Positions 50,631 through 64,000 of a DNA stretch of 64,000 nucleotides are shown piece after piece. The translations under genes were made by a program, and so were the position numbers. Source of the DNA: Lytechinus pictus. Its lineage: Eukaryota. The notes below the pieces were generated by a model, which was given only the letters and a program-made list of their open reading frames with translations, ran no database searches and was not told the origin of the DNA. The stretch is taken from assembly GCF_037042905.1 (NCBI RefSeq), contig NC_087251.1, forward strand, positions 35,652,001 to 35,716,000, written 5' to 3'. How positions within the stretch are numbered: the first letter of the stretch is position 1; every line of letters begins with the position of its first letter.

Positions 50631-52382
50631 AATGTCACCCCCTGTTGCACCCACAAATGTAATAACGCCCACAAATGTAATAACACTTTACCCACAAATG
50701 TAATAAATTCACCCACAAATGTAATAATGCACTTTACCCACAAATGTAATAATTTTTGATCGCCCACAAATGTGATAATGACTTTACCCACAAATGTAAT
50801 AAATTTAAAGGGATTTTTGGCGAATCCGTTCTAAACTGAAATCCTATAGTAATACGTTCATAAAGCACAAAAGTGCAAAGTCTTTTTTCCAGACTCGGTT
50901 AATTCAAAATTTGTAATATAATTCCAAAGTCTTTTTTCCGGACCCGGTTGTTTAAAAAATCATAATATAAGTACAAAGTCTTTTTTCCAGACCCGGTTGT
51001 TTCAAAAATTATAATTTAAGTGCAAAGTCTTTTTTCCAGACCCGGTTATTTCAAAAATTAATATAAGTCCAAACTAAGATACGATAATGAGATTCCAGTG
51101 GAATAAAAATGAGAATCGAGCTTCGTCTTTTCTCCAGACCCAGTTAATTAAAACTGGTGGAATTAATGTCTTTGTTGTTGTTTTAACTTATACGGCGCGT
51201 ACTGTGAATAAATGCGCTAAGATAATTGAGAATCAAGCATAGTCTTTTCTCAAGACCCGCTAACTAAAAACTAAAACCCTATAGTAATGCTTTCATGTAG
51301 TGCAAAAGTGCTAAGTCTTTTTATTCCAGACCCGGTTAATTCAAAAATTGTAATATAAGTCCAAAGTCTTTTTTCCAGACCCGGTTGTTTCAAAAATTAT
51401 AATATAAGTCCAAAGTCTTTTTTCCAGACCCGGTTATTTCAAAAATTATAATATAAGTCCAAACTAAGATACGATAATGATATTCCAGTGGAATAAAAAT
51501 GAGAATCAAGCTTAGTCTTTTCTCCAGACCCAGTTAATTAAAACTGGTGGAATTAATGTCTTTGTTGTTGTTTTAACTTATACGGCGCATATTGAGAATA
51601 TATGCGCTAAGAGTAAATTCAGAATCAAGCATAGTCTTTTCTCCAGACACGGTTACTAAAAACTAAAACCCTATAGAAATGCGTTGATATAGCACAAAAG
51701 TGCAAAGCCTTTTTCCAGACCCAGTTAATATTAAAAAATTATAATATAAGTCCAAAGTCTTTTTTCCAGACACGGTTGTTTAAAAAATCATTATATAAGT
51801 CAAAACTAAAATACCATAATGGTATTCCAGTGGAAAAAAATGAAAATCGAGCTTAGTCTTTTCTCCAAATCTTGTTATTCCAAAATTATAAATAACAATA
51901 CAACAACATCAAAAACAGTATAAAGACCCCATAATCTTATTAATGATGGATAACATGGACATATATCGTAGTCTTTCAGCCAGACCCAGTTATTTTTTTT
52001 TCAAAATAACGCTAATAGTAATAATAAAAAAACCTCCAAAGCTAAGACCAAACAATCCTTCAACCTGTTTTAAAAAGAGGTTTAGAGCGTTGTCTTTATT
52101 CCAGACCTTATCATTTAAAAATCATGAAAATAAAATCTTCTAACGTACGACCCTATCATATTCTTGTGGAATAACACGAGTTTTAAAACGTACTCTTTCC
52201 TCCAGACCCGGTTATTTAAGAAATGAATTAAAAAAACTTCAAATCTAAGACCAATCTTCAAAAGTTGCACCTAGTAAAAAAATATGTCTTTACCCCCACA
52301 CCAATTTTTTTTTTAATAATACTAAGACCCCTACAAAACATTGTAATAATGAATGGGTAAAGCAAACATCCTTTCTCCAAAC

Positions 52383-53670
52383 ATTTTTTTTTTTTATAAA
52401 GCTTTTTTTTATTTCCCTCCGATAGGGCATATATTTGCATAAACATTTTAACAATGATATAAATGAAATAACATATCATACACACATAGCATAATTTTGT
52501 ACAAAGTATAGGCCTACAGGGCATTTCAAGCAAAAGGCAACCGATACTAGAGTGGCCATGTCCTACACCCATCCGTTCCGCCGCCGACACTTGCAGCAGC
52601 AAAGAACAAATGAGCACCGAACAAGGCCACTCCAACAATAATTGATCACCTCTCACCCGAAACACACTGCACATTCATCATGAAAATATGTTTACATTAA
52701 ACAGAAATACATATAAAGGTCCGGAAATCTTATTACAAAATGACAAGAATTCTTTCGAAATTTACCCATTTTTTATCAAATTTATGTGTTTTGTTTTCCA
52801 TAATACTGATTTGCCTCTCATTTTTGTAACATTTTCTTATATATTGTTTAATTTTCTCAAAATTAGGTATGGTTTTTTCCACACGAGCAGAGTATACTTG
52901 TTGTTTCGTCCAAATTATTAAACAATTTAAAGCATCGTTTCTTTTTTCTGTGAAACCAAACAAAACATGTACAGCAGAAAGATTTATTCTAAATCTTGTT
53001 AAACTGTATAACCAGTCTGTAAATCGTACCCAGATAAGATTTACCACATGACATTGATGAAAAAAATGTATAGCGTTTTCTTCTTCCCTTCCACAAAAAG
53101 AGCATTTTGCATCTGCAGTTATTTTCATCTTTACAAGATCCTTATTCAAATATACTATCTTATTTAGCAGTCGGTACTGAAAGTACCTCATTGTAGTATA
53201 AGTTGTACATCGAAACATCGTTTTAAAATAATTTTTCATATCTCTGGTGTCCATCGAAATGCCATTGACAAACCATCTATTACACAATTTAGTCAAGTTA
53301 TCATCATTTTCTTTTAACATGATATAATATACATGTCTACATCCTTTTTTGTCCTTCAGTAAATGAAAGATATAAGCAGGGCATAATGGTTCATTAGATT
53401 TCATATTACACGTATTCAACTGAGCTTTATACTTACATTTAATAATCTGACATAAGACATAATAATGAAGAAACTGAATTTTGATTGAAAATCTTTTTTC
53501 ACACTCATCTCTTTCCAGAAGTTTTCCATTCTCATCTAATAAATCGTTAATAAATCTAATGCCTTTGTCCCACCATTCCTTTAAGAATATACCTTTTCCA
53601 CCAATTTTTACATCAGAATTGTACCATAAAGGAATAGCCGGCCAAAAAAGAGAAGTACACTGAACATTTC
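52383..53670 (-). mobile_element. 5'-truncated L1/Tx1-type LINE (ORF2 C-terminus with zf-RVT; ORF 52733-53670 still open) nested in the foldback element
   Basis: PLWYNS.V...W..KGI..I.DL, FQYRLLNKIV, CSFCGREEENAIHFFHQC..V..IW; poly-T (poly-A tail) at 52383-52413. Confidence 0.88.
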
Positions 53671-55039
53671 GAATAAAGGAGGAAACTATAATAAAAAATT
53701 TCCTTCCAAACTTGGTTATTATTTGAAAAAAATAAAATAGTTTAAAAAATATTCTAAAACGAATACCCAATAATCTAATTACTGTGGAATAACATGAAGA
53801 TCGATTGTAGACTTTCCTCCAGACACAGTTATTTCAAGAATAAAAAGCAATAAATCCCAACCCCCAACAACGAATGTAAAAACCAACAATCCGCCAAATT
53901 AAGACCATGTAGAAAATCACATGTTTAGAGCGTTGTCTTACCTGACCCAGTCATTTAAAAAATAATCTAAACAATCTTAAAAACATAAGACTTTGTCATA
54001 TTCTTATTCCTGTGGAATAACACGAGTATTATGCTTATTATTTTGTCTATACCCGGTTATTTAAAAGATTTAAAAAAAAATCTTCATAATTATAAATATG
54101 AAGATTGGTCTTGGCTTAGATTTTTTTTCAATATTATTATAAACACAGTTAAAATGTTTGGGTTTATAGTGTTGTCTTTACCCCACACCCAGTTCTCTTA
54201 AAAATACAAATTAAGCGAAACATTAATTTTAAAACTTAGACCCCTGCATCTTCCAAACTATAAAAACCCTGTGATAACGCATACCACAAAAACGACAAGT
54301 TAATCATAGGCGTAAATATTCATATCTGAATGATACGCGCCTTTAAACCCAAAATAACAACAACGTTATTCTACATCAATGATATTGTGGGGTCTCTGTT
54401 AATATTGTTTGTTTGTTTTTATTGTTTCTTATAATTCCCTATTTTGAAATAACTGGAGCAAAGACTACACCATATTTCCATGCTATTCAATGTTGATAAC
54501 ATTACAGGGTCTTTGTTTTGTTGTTGTGTTTTTAATGATTTTTATAACTGGGTCTGGATGAAAGACTACGCTATATTTCCATGTTATTCAACATAAATAG
54601 GATCGTGGGTCTTTTTTGTTTTTAATTATTATTAATTTATTACTATTATTCATCATTTGTTATTTGAAAGATCTGGGTCTGGAGGGAAGACTACGCTATA
54701 TTTCCATGTTATTCAACATCAATAAGATTGTGGGGCCTTTGTTTTATTATTATTATATATCTTTTTTATGATTTGTTATTTAAAAATAACTGGGTCTCGA
54801 AGAAAGACTACGCTATATTTTCAAGTTATTCAACATCAATGAGATTGTAGGGTCTTTTTAAATATTGTTCTTTATGATTTGCTATTTTGAAATAACCGGG
54901 GTTGGAACAAAGACTACACCATATTTCGATGCTGATTCCCATATTTCGCTGATCCCTGTGTTTTCCATTAATTTTTCCCGTTTTTGCTCTTTGCTATTTT
55001 TCCAGGTTCTTTAAATTTGTGATTTATCAGGGAGGATTC

Positions 55040-55770
55040 CGATTTTTATGGTCCAAAAAAAGGGGGAAAAGGGAAAAAAAGGGGTGAAAAGGAGAAGAAG
55101 AAAAGAAAGAAAAAAAGGAAGAGGACAGGGGAAAAAAAGGGGGAAAAAGGGAGAAGAGAGAGAGGAAGAAGAAGGAGGAAGAAAGAAGTTTTTCCCCCCC
55201 CCCCTTTCTTACCCTTTGCTAATTATCCGAGTTCTTTAATTTGGTGATTTGTCAGGGGGGACAGAAAGGAGATAGGGATGAAGAGAGAAGTTTCGTTGTT
55301 TACTTGTTGGTTTGTTTGGTTTTGTTTACAAGTTTTGTTTTTGTTTGTTTTTTGCACTTTCATCCCATACTTTAGTTTTCGGTGTCCCGTCCCTGAAGTT
55401 TTATCAGGCCACAAATCTAGTTTACTTTTGTTTTCTCTGTTGCAGCTTACTGTAGCACAAAAAAATTACACGCGCTGCAAGAAACAGAACGCATACAAAA
55501 GAAAAAAAATTAATAAAGAAAGAAAAAAAGAGAAAAAAAAAGAAAAAGAATAGAAAAAGAATAGAAAAAAATAAGACGGAAAAAGACAAAAAAGAAGAAA
55601 AATGAGAAGAAAAGAAAACAGAAGAAAAGAAAAATAAGAAAAGAAAAGGAAAAAAGAAAAAAGAAGGGGAAAAAAAGAAAATAAAAGAAAAGGAAGGAAA
55701 AAGAAAAAAAAAAGAGAGAGAAGAAAAAAAAAGGAATGGAAAAGGAAAAAAAGTAATAAGCTATTGAAAA
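55040..55770. repeat. Purine-rich (A/G) low-complexity tracts
   Basis: AAG/AAAAG runs at 55050-55190 and 55495-55760. Confidence 0.85.
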
Positions 55771-56289
55771 TGAACAAAAGCTGTGGCAAAAATAGTCAAT
55801 CCTGACTGGTTGCCAACCAAGGAAAGAAGAAGAAGAAGAAGCTATTCAATGTTGAAAAGATTGCGGGGTCTGTTTTTGGTTGTTGTTGTTGTTGTTGTTT
55901 TGTTTTTGAATGATTTTTTTATAACTGGGTCTGGAGGAAAGAATATGATATATTTACATTTTGTTCAACATCAATAAGATTGTTGGGTCTTTTTTTTTAT
56001 TATTTATTATTTGCTATTTGAAATATTTGGGTCTGAAGAAAAGACTACGCTAAACTTCTAGGTTTATAACCACAAAAATAAGACAAATTAATCATAGGCG
56101 TAAATATTCATATCTGAATGATAAGCGCCTTTAAACCCAAGATAACAACAACAACGTTATTCAACATTAAGAAGAATTAATTTTGGGATCTTTATTTGGA
56201 AGATTGTTTAAATGTTTTTATAACTGGGTCTGGAGAAAAAAGACTGTGACTTTGCGCTATATGAACACATTACTATAGGGTTTTAGTTT

Positions 56290-57022
56290 AATAATAATAA
56301 TATAGGGTATTTATATTGGGCACATATCCACCATGTTAGGTGCTCAAGGCGCTCCTATATCGCATACATTCGTAATTCCGAAGCTTCGTTATTCCGAAGG
56401 TTCGGATATTCCGAAGGTTCGTTATTCCGAAGGTTCGTATTTCCAAAGGTTCGTAATTCCGAAGGTTCGTTAGTCCGAAAACGATATGAGGTTCGTAATT
56501 CCGAAGGTTCGTTAGTCCGAAAACAAAGTGAGGTTCGTAATTCCGAAGGTTCGTTAATCCGAAAAAGAAATGAGGTTCGTAATTCCGAAGGTTCCTTTGT
56601 CCGAAAACTAAATGATTAACTAACCTTATTTCGTTTTCGGACTAACGAATCTTCGGAACAATGAACCTTATTTCGTTTTCGGATTAACGAACCTTCGGAA
56701 CAATGAACCTTATTTCGTTTTCGGATTAACGAACCTTCGGAACATCAAACCTTATTCCATTTTCGGATTATCGAACCTTCGGAATAACGAACCTTCGGAA
56801 TAACGCCACAAATGTTCGGATTAACGAACCCTTTTACGTTTTCGGATTAACGAACATCGAGGTATAGGCAATTTGCGTGTTTCGGAATTACGAACCTTCG
56901 GAATAAAGAACCTTCGGAATTACGAAGTGTAACCCTCCTATATTACCCGGCTAAGCTAGGCGTTCATAGCGCACACTTCCTACCGGTACCCATTTACCTC
57001 ACCTGGGTTGAGTGCAGCACTC
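56290..57022 (-). mobile_element. 3' half of a tRNA-SINE (minus strand) interrupted by a MITE
   Basis: Reverse complement of the SINE core GTGCTGCACTCAACCCAGGTGAGGTAAATGGGTACC near 56985-57020; (TAA)n tail at 56290. Confidence 0.7.
56361..56934. mobile_element. Palindromic minisatellite MITE with 9-bp TSD CTCCTATAT (Mutator-like signature)
   Basis: CTCCTATAT at 56352-60 and 56935-43; arms of TTCCGAAGGTTCGT units and their inverse ACGAACCTTCGGAA. Confidence 0.85.
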
Positions 57023-58386
57023 TGTTTAGAACAGATTCGCCAAAAATCCCTTCAAATTTATAACATTTGTGGGTAAAGTCATTATTACATTTGTGGGCGA
57101 TCAAAAATTATTACATTTGTGGGTAAAGTGCATTATTATATTTGTGGGTAAAGGGTTTGAGTTTTTAGTTTTAAGTAACCGGGTCTGGAGAAAAGACTAC
57201 GCTTGATTCTCAATTTACTCTTAGCGCCTATATTCACAATACGCGCTGTATAAGTTAAAAAAACAAAACAACAAAGACATTTATTCCACCAGTTTTAATT
57301 AACTGGGTCTGGAGAAAAGACTAAGCTCGATTCTTATTTTTATTCCACTGGAATACCATTATCGTATCTTAGTTTAGACTTATATTATAATTTTTGAAAT
57401 AACTGGGTCTGGAAAAAAGACCTTGGACTTATATTATAATTTTTTAATCAACTGGGTCTGGAAAAAGACTATGCTTGATTCTCAATTATCTTAGCGCATT
57501 TATTTACAATACGCGCCGTATAAGTTAAAACAACAACAAAGACATTAATTCCACCAGTTTTAATTAACTGGGTCTGGAGAAAAGACTAAGCTCGATTCTC
57601 ATTTTTATTCCACGGGAATATCATTATCGTATCTTAGTTTGGACTTATATTATAATTTTTGAAATAACCGGGTCTGGAAAAAAGACTTTGCACTTATATT
57701 ATAATTTTTTAAACAACCGGGTCTGGAAAAAGACTTTGGACTTATATCATAATTTTTTAATTAACCGGGTCTGGAAAAAAGACTGCACTTTTGGGCTATA
57801 TGTATTACTATAGGATTTTAGTTTAGAACGGATTCGCCAAAAATCCCTTCAAATTTATCACATTTGTGGGTAAAGTCACTATTACATTTGTGGGCGATCA
57901 AAAATTATTACATTTGTGGGTAAAGTGCATTATTACATTTGTGGGTGAAATTCTGACATTTGTGGGTAAAGTATTATTACATTTGTGGGCGTTATTACAT
58001 TTGTGGGCGATTATTACATTTGTGGGTGTCACACCCCCCCCCCCACACACACACCTTGATAAAGAAAAAGGACTCCTACCCCTGTGCTGCCACATGTAAT
58101 TGCTGCTAGTGCAAAATAATGATTCTAAGCGGTGCACATTAGAAGAATAATATGATATAGGCAAGCATGTGAGCACAAAGATTTTGATTATGCTAATTTC
58201 AACCTTTAGGTTGTGTAAAATATTTGATTTCTTTCTTTAAAAAAAAACTAGGAACTGAATTGAATTGAACGCCTAGCTGATCTCGACGAGACACCGTCTT
58301 TTTGTTCAAAGGTAAACCATGGCGGTATAGCAATGGTGAAACCTTCTTTGGGAATTCCCACTTCCTACTAGGTCGTACCATACCAA

Positions 58387-60257
58387 TAGTCCAAGAGCAT
58401 TAGGCCAAAATAGGCTTAAGAAAGGAAATTTCAGGTAACAAGCTGATTTTTTCAGGATAGGTCCAGGAATATGTATAGCATAACATACTAAAAGTCCTCA
58501 TACATCCTCCTTGAGGGTTTTCCGTAATCCAAGATAGCGTCCAAAATGGCCGCCATTACAGAAAATGGCCATAACGCTCTCATTATCCGACCTAGACATC
58601 AAATTTTGGTGCTTATTCCATGGTTTAAAGGTGTAAAAAGTGCTATTGACACAGGTTAGAGTGAACATAAGCAGACCAGTATACCTAAAAATCCAAGATG
58701 GCATCTAAAATGGCCGCCAAAGCCTAAAAATCCACAATTAATTTATTGCTTATATAGTATCTTTAATTCTGTTTCTATTCAATGGTTTTAAGGGTCAAGT
58801 AGTACATTTGGACAAGTGACATGGACAGTCAGTGGTCAAGTATGTCCAAAAATCCAAGATTGCTTCCAAAAATGGGGTCTTAAATGGCTTCTATTACTTA
58901 CATTTGGAAGCCATCTTGGATTTTTGGACATACTGGACCACTGGCTGTCCTTGTAACTTGTGGCAATATATTATTTGGCTCTATAAATCATGGTTTTCAC
59001 ACCAAAATCATATCTGCCAGGCAGATATTAAATGAACAATGTCCATTAGTATGTACAAACAGCCATTTCAAACTCCATTTTTAGAAGCCGTCTTCGATTC
59101 TTGGACATACTTGACCACTGACTGTCCTTTTAACTTTTCCTAATGTATTATTTGACCCTTTAAACCACAGTATAGACACCACAATCATATCTCTCAGGTG
59201 GATTTTTAATGAAGTATGTCCATTTCCAGTAACAACAGTTAATTTAGACTCCATTTTTAAAGCCATTTTGGAGTTTTGGACATGTAGGACCACTGACTGA
59301 CCTTTGAACTTTCATAATATATTATTTGACCCTTTAGACAATCGTTTTGACACCAAAATCATATATCCCAGGCACATATCAAAATAATGAACTATGTCCA
59401 TTTGTAAGTGAAAGCATCCAATTTATACCCCATTTTTGGAAGCCATCTTGGATTTTATGACATAATGCATTATTAGACCCTTTAGACCCCAAAATATCAT
59501 CTCCCAGGCAGATAATAAACTATCTCAATTGAGACTCCATTTTTACAAGCCATCTTCGATTTTTATGTCAATTTTTCAGTAACAGCAGTAAATTTAAACT
59601 CCATTTTTTGAAGAAATCTTTGATTTTTGGACGTACTGGACCACTAACTGTCCTTTTAACCTGTCCTAATGTATCATTTGACCCTTTAAACCATGGTTTA
59701 GATACCACAATCATATATCTCCAGCAGATATTAAATGTACTATGTCCATTTGTAAATAATAGCAACAATTTAAGACCCCATTTTTGGAAGCAATCTTGAA
59801 TTTTTGGACATACTTGACCACTGACTGTCCTTGTAACTTGTCCAAATGTACTACTTGACCCTTAACACCACTGAATATAAACAAAATTAAAGATACTAAC
59901 ATTAGTAATCGATAAATTGTGGATTTTCAGGCTTTAGCGGCCATTTTAGACGCCATCTTGGAATTTAAGGTATACTGGTCTGCCTATGTTCACTCTAACC
60001 AGTATCAATAGTTCTTTTTACACCTTTAAACCATGAAATATGCACCAAAATTTGATGTCTAGGGTGGATGACGAGTGGGTTATGTCCATTTTCTGTGAAT
60101 GGCGGCCATTTTGGACGCCATCTTGGATTACGGAAAACCCTCAAGGAGGATATATAAGGGCTTTTAGTATGTTATTCTAGACATATTTCTGGACCTATCC
60201 TGAAAAAATCAGCTTGTTACCAAAATTTTCCATGTTACACCTAATGCTCTTGGCCTA
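58387..60257. mobile_element. 1.87-kb element with TIRs of about 500 bp, TAG...CTA termini and 3-bp TSD CAA (Academ-like signature)
   Basis: CAA|TAGTCCAAGAGCATTAGG ... CCTAATGCTCTTGGCCTA|CAA; arms 58387-58885 and 59768-60257. An empty-site paralogue lies at 46326-46355. Confidence 0.85.
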
Positions 60258-60659
60258 CAATGCGAGGGTCAACACATTTGCGCAATTTTTAGACGCCATT
60301 TTCGAGTCGTAAATTACCGGAGAAATCATTTCCTTCTTCATCAGAATGGTTGCTTTTTCGCGTGTCTAAGACTTTATATATGATTCTGATTCGGGAATCT
60401 GATATAATTATGACGGTGTGGCTTCTGTTTAAGGTCATCTTTCATTTAAAATTGGATTTGTGGATAGATTGAGCATTACTTTGGCTGAGCAGTGCCGGAT
60501 TCATACAGACCAATTTGACAGTCATTCATTTATAATCGGCAACCTCTGGGGTAGATGGTAGACCGGGATCAATCTATCAATCACAAAAGTAAGTTATAAA
60601 GGGATTATATAGATCATTATTATCATTCTACAATAATTATTTAGAGGGTTGCACACACT

Positions 60660-60822
60660 ATATTTTTACCTCTGCCATTTTTACCACTGCCATTATTACC
60701 TCTGCCATTTTACCTCTGCCATTTTTACCTCTGCCATTTTTACCTCTGCCATTATTACCTCTGCCAATTTTACTTCTGCCATTTTTACCTCTGCCATTTT
60801 CACCTCTGCCATTTTTACCTGG
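60660..60822. repeat. 15-bp minisatellite (CCTCTGCCATTTTTA)n; second array at 62627-62770
   Basis: About 10 direct units at each site. Confidence 0.92.
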
Positions 60823-63148
60823 CACCGGATTTTTGCACATAATGAAAAGCTGAACATCCTTGTTACTTGTCCTATATTTGCCAATTCACTTCTCACAGGT
60901 GGATATGAAGTATGACCGTTTTTAAGTGATGGGAGTTACACGGCATTTTGGAAGCCCTCTTGGATTTTAATGCAAAATGGACAATTACATATCATTGTGA
61001 GGGGTCCCAAAATATTATTTGACTCCTGAAACTATAGACACCAAAATACTAGTAATATCTCTCACGCGGATGTAAAATATAATAATGTCCCTTTGTAAGT
61101 AATAGCAGCCACTTTAGACTCCATTTTTGGCAGCCATCTTTGATTTTTGGACATACTGGACCTCTGAGTGTCCTTTTATCTTCTCGTTATGTATTATTTG
61201 ACCCTTTAAACCATGGTTTTAGACACAACAATCATATCTCTCGGGTGGATTCTTAATGAAGTATGTCAATTTTTCAGCAGCAGCAGTCAATTTAGACACC
61301 ATTTTTGGAAGCCATCTTGGATTTTTGGACATGCTGGACCACTAGCAGTCCTTTTTACATGTCCTGGTGTATTTATTTGACCCTTTAAACAATAGTTTAG
61401 ACACCACAATCATATCTTTCGGGTGGATTTTTAATGAAGTATGTAACTCCATGGCCAGTCTTAAACCCCCATGCAATGAATTGTCAAAAAGCCCCCGCAT
61501 ACATACATTAAATAAGTGCTTGTCACGGTTAGGCATTTCATCATCATTATGTATTCATCGGCCTAACAATGCTATTTACGAATTCGTTGGAGGTGTACCG
61601 TGAACGCTTTTTAAAAAGAAATCAAACGACAGATATTTTTTCATTCAATTTATCAGGAGCAAAATGAAACTGCACTATTCTCATTCATCATTTTATAACA
61701 TTCCTTTTTGTCTGGCTGTTTTTTTTATATCTAAAGTTTCGCCAGGTTTACCGATGCAAAAAGGAGGAAGAGTAGACATAAGAGAGATGGAGAGACAGAG
61801 AGGGTTAGGGGGCGGGGAAAAACATATAGAACATAGCGGGGAAAGCTTAGACGTTGAAATTGTCACGAATGATTGTGGTTAAATATTGTGTCCTTATTTG
61901 TAATGTCGTCTGTACTATTCTTTTTAAATAATTGAATGACAATAAGCATGCGTTCCCAGGCTTGGCACTGAATATGAAACTGATTATTAAAATCAATAAT
62001 AATCTTGCTTGACTGGTAAACCAATTTGGCGTCGATCGAGGGGGACCGTCTGGTTCAGATTCTTTGCATAAAAGAAGACCCTGAAACTTTACCACTGCAT
62101 CCAATATGCTATAAACGCTCTGATGGTCATAACCCTTGGAAGCGGAAGTACTGTTGGGTATTTTGTACACCATGAGCAGCACCCTCTTGGTAATTAGCTT
62201 GGTATACTAAAATGTAGAGATTTGATACAAATCTCTGTTATTTTTCAAACAGAAGAAAAAACATTGTTTATTATCTAATTGTTATTATTTTTGTTGTAAT
62301 TCTTTTTCTGACCTAAAAGAACTTCATTTAGTTGAAATATTTTTATGTCATTTTCCCCCTTAACCAAATCCCCTTTCATTTTGGAGTGAAAACTTTTTTT
62401 TCTCGGCTTTTTTTTTTTAAACCAGCACCCCATTTTTCACTAACTTTTCAAAAGTAAGTGGTGCTCACTCAAGCGGAAATATTTTTCGACAGTTATATCG
62501 TCATTTGCTTAAATGGATCTGTACCAATGTGAAAATGTGGAAAAATCTTCAGGATTTTAAATGCGGGGGCTTTTTGACAGTTCATTGCATGGGGGTTTAA
62601 GACTTGCCATATTTTACCTAGAACTGTCATTTTTACCTCTCCCATTATAACCCCTGCCATTTTACCTCTGCCATTATTACCTCTGCCATTTTTACCTCTG
62701 TCATTTTTACCTCTGCCATTTTTACCTCTGCCATTTTTACCTCTGCCATTTCTACCTCTGCCATTTTTACACCGAGCCAAAAATCTAAGAGGGTAAACTT
62801 AAAAAAAAATGCCTGCTGTTACCTGTTCCTGAAACCATAAGTCATAGGATCAGTTTTCCCCAATGCATTTAAGCGTTGATACCGCAATTATTCCTCACAT
62901 GTGGATATTTTATGAATTAACACTATTTTCAAGTGATGGGAGTTATTAAGACGCTGTTCATTAAGACGCCGTTTTGGAAGCCATCTGGGATTTTTAGGCA
63001 AAATGGACAACTGCATATCATTGTTAACAGTCAAAAAATATTATTTGACCCTTGAAAACATAGTATAGACACCACAATCATATCTCTCAGGTGGATTTTT
63101 AATAAATTTGTAATTTTTTTCAGTCACAGCAGTCAATTAAGATTTTAT

Positions 63149-64000
63149 ATTTGGAAGCCATCTTGGATTTTTGGACATACTGGACCACTGGCTGTCCTTG
63201 TAACTTGTGGCAATATATTATTTGGCTCTATAAATCATGGTTTTCACACCAAAATCATATCTGCCAGGCAGATATTAAATGAACAATGTCCATTAGTATG
63301 TACAAACAGCCATTTCAAACTCCATTTTTAGAAGCCGTCTTCGATTCTTGGACATACTTGACCACTGACTGTCCTTTTAACTTTTCCTAATGTATTATTT
63401 GACCCTTTAAACCACAGTATAGACACCACAATCATATCTCTCAGGTGGATTTTTAATGAAGTATGTCCATTTCCAGTAACAACAGTTAATTTAGACTCCA
63501 TTTTTAAAGCCATTTTGGAGTTTTGGACATGTAGGACCACTGACTGACCTTTGAACTTTCATAATATATTATTTGACCCTTTAGACAATCGTTTTGACAC
63601 CAAAATCATATATCCCAGGCACATATCAAAATAATGAACTATGTCCATTTGTAAGTGAAAGCATCCAATTTATACCCCATTTTTGGAAGCCATCTTGGAT
63701 TTTATGACATAATGCATTATTAGACCCTTTAGACCCCAAAATATCATCTCCCAGGCAGATAATAAATAATCTCAATTGAGACTCCATTTTTACAAGCCAT
63801 CTTCGATTTTTATGTCAATTTTTCAGTAACAGCAGTAAATTTAAACTCCATTTTTTGAAGAAATCTTTGATTTTTGGACGTACTGGACCACTGACTGTCC
63901 TTTTAACCTGTCCTAATGTATCATTTGACCCTTTAAACCATGGTTTAGATACCACAATCATATATCTCCAGCAGATATTAAATGTACTATGTCCATTTGT
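63149..64000 (+). repeat. Near-identical direct duplicate of 58902-59753
   Basis: Same sequence at offset 4247; ORFs 59081-59293 and 63328-63540 translate identically. Runs off the window end. Confidence 0.92.

Larger units (their letters stand above)
50643..58033. mobile_element. 7.4-kb foldback element, TGT...ACA termini, C-run flanks (Ginger-like signature), with modular repeat arms and nested insertions
   Basis: CCCCC|TGTTGCACCCACAAATGTAATAA ... TTATTACATTTGTGGGTGTCACA|CCCCC. CCCACAAATGTAATAA repeats and about 50-bp TTTTCCAGACCCGG units are inverted between the arms. Confidence 0.85.

Noticed and set aside
52733..53770. 345-aa ORF as a host gene or as the transposase of the foldback element
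   Set aside because: It is the zf-RVT C-terminus of an L1/Tx1 ORF2 without RT or endonuclease; its first ~30 codons are flanking repeat.
60649..60915. Repetitive ORFs (FTSAI)n / (GKNGR)n / (MAEVK)n, also 62493-62780
   Set aside because: Translations of a 15-bp minisatellite; open in several frames simply because the unit lacks stops.

Overview
AT-rich, repeat-dense eukaryotic DNA with spliceosomal GT-AG introns. It looks like a marine invertebrate, probably an echinoderm such as a sea urchin; this is inferred from repeat style and not proven. Two protein-coding genes lie on the + strand. (1) A three-exon SAMD9/SAMD9L-family STAND NTPase (1686-1734, 2088-6292, 6912-7070; 1470 aa spliced). It has SAM, SIR2-like, P-loop, TPR-like and OB regions, lacks the AlbA_2/Schlafen-like nuclease of vertebrate SAMD9, and carries an extra C-terminal helical tail resembling the PYM1/eIF2A C-terminal hairpin. 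(2) GNPAT (dihydroxyacetone-phosphate acyltransferase), with 13 coding exons traced in phase from 25564 to 45553; the terminal (normally PTS1-bearing) exon could not be placed. The rest is non-autonomous DNA transposons with readable TIRs/TSDs, including a four-level nest at 17.9-22.5 kb and a 7.4-kb foldback element at 50.6-58.0 kb, plus tRNA-derived SINEs, LINE relics and mini/microsatellites. Superfamily labels rest on terminal and TSD signatures only. Nearly all short ORFs in the supplied track are spurious.
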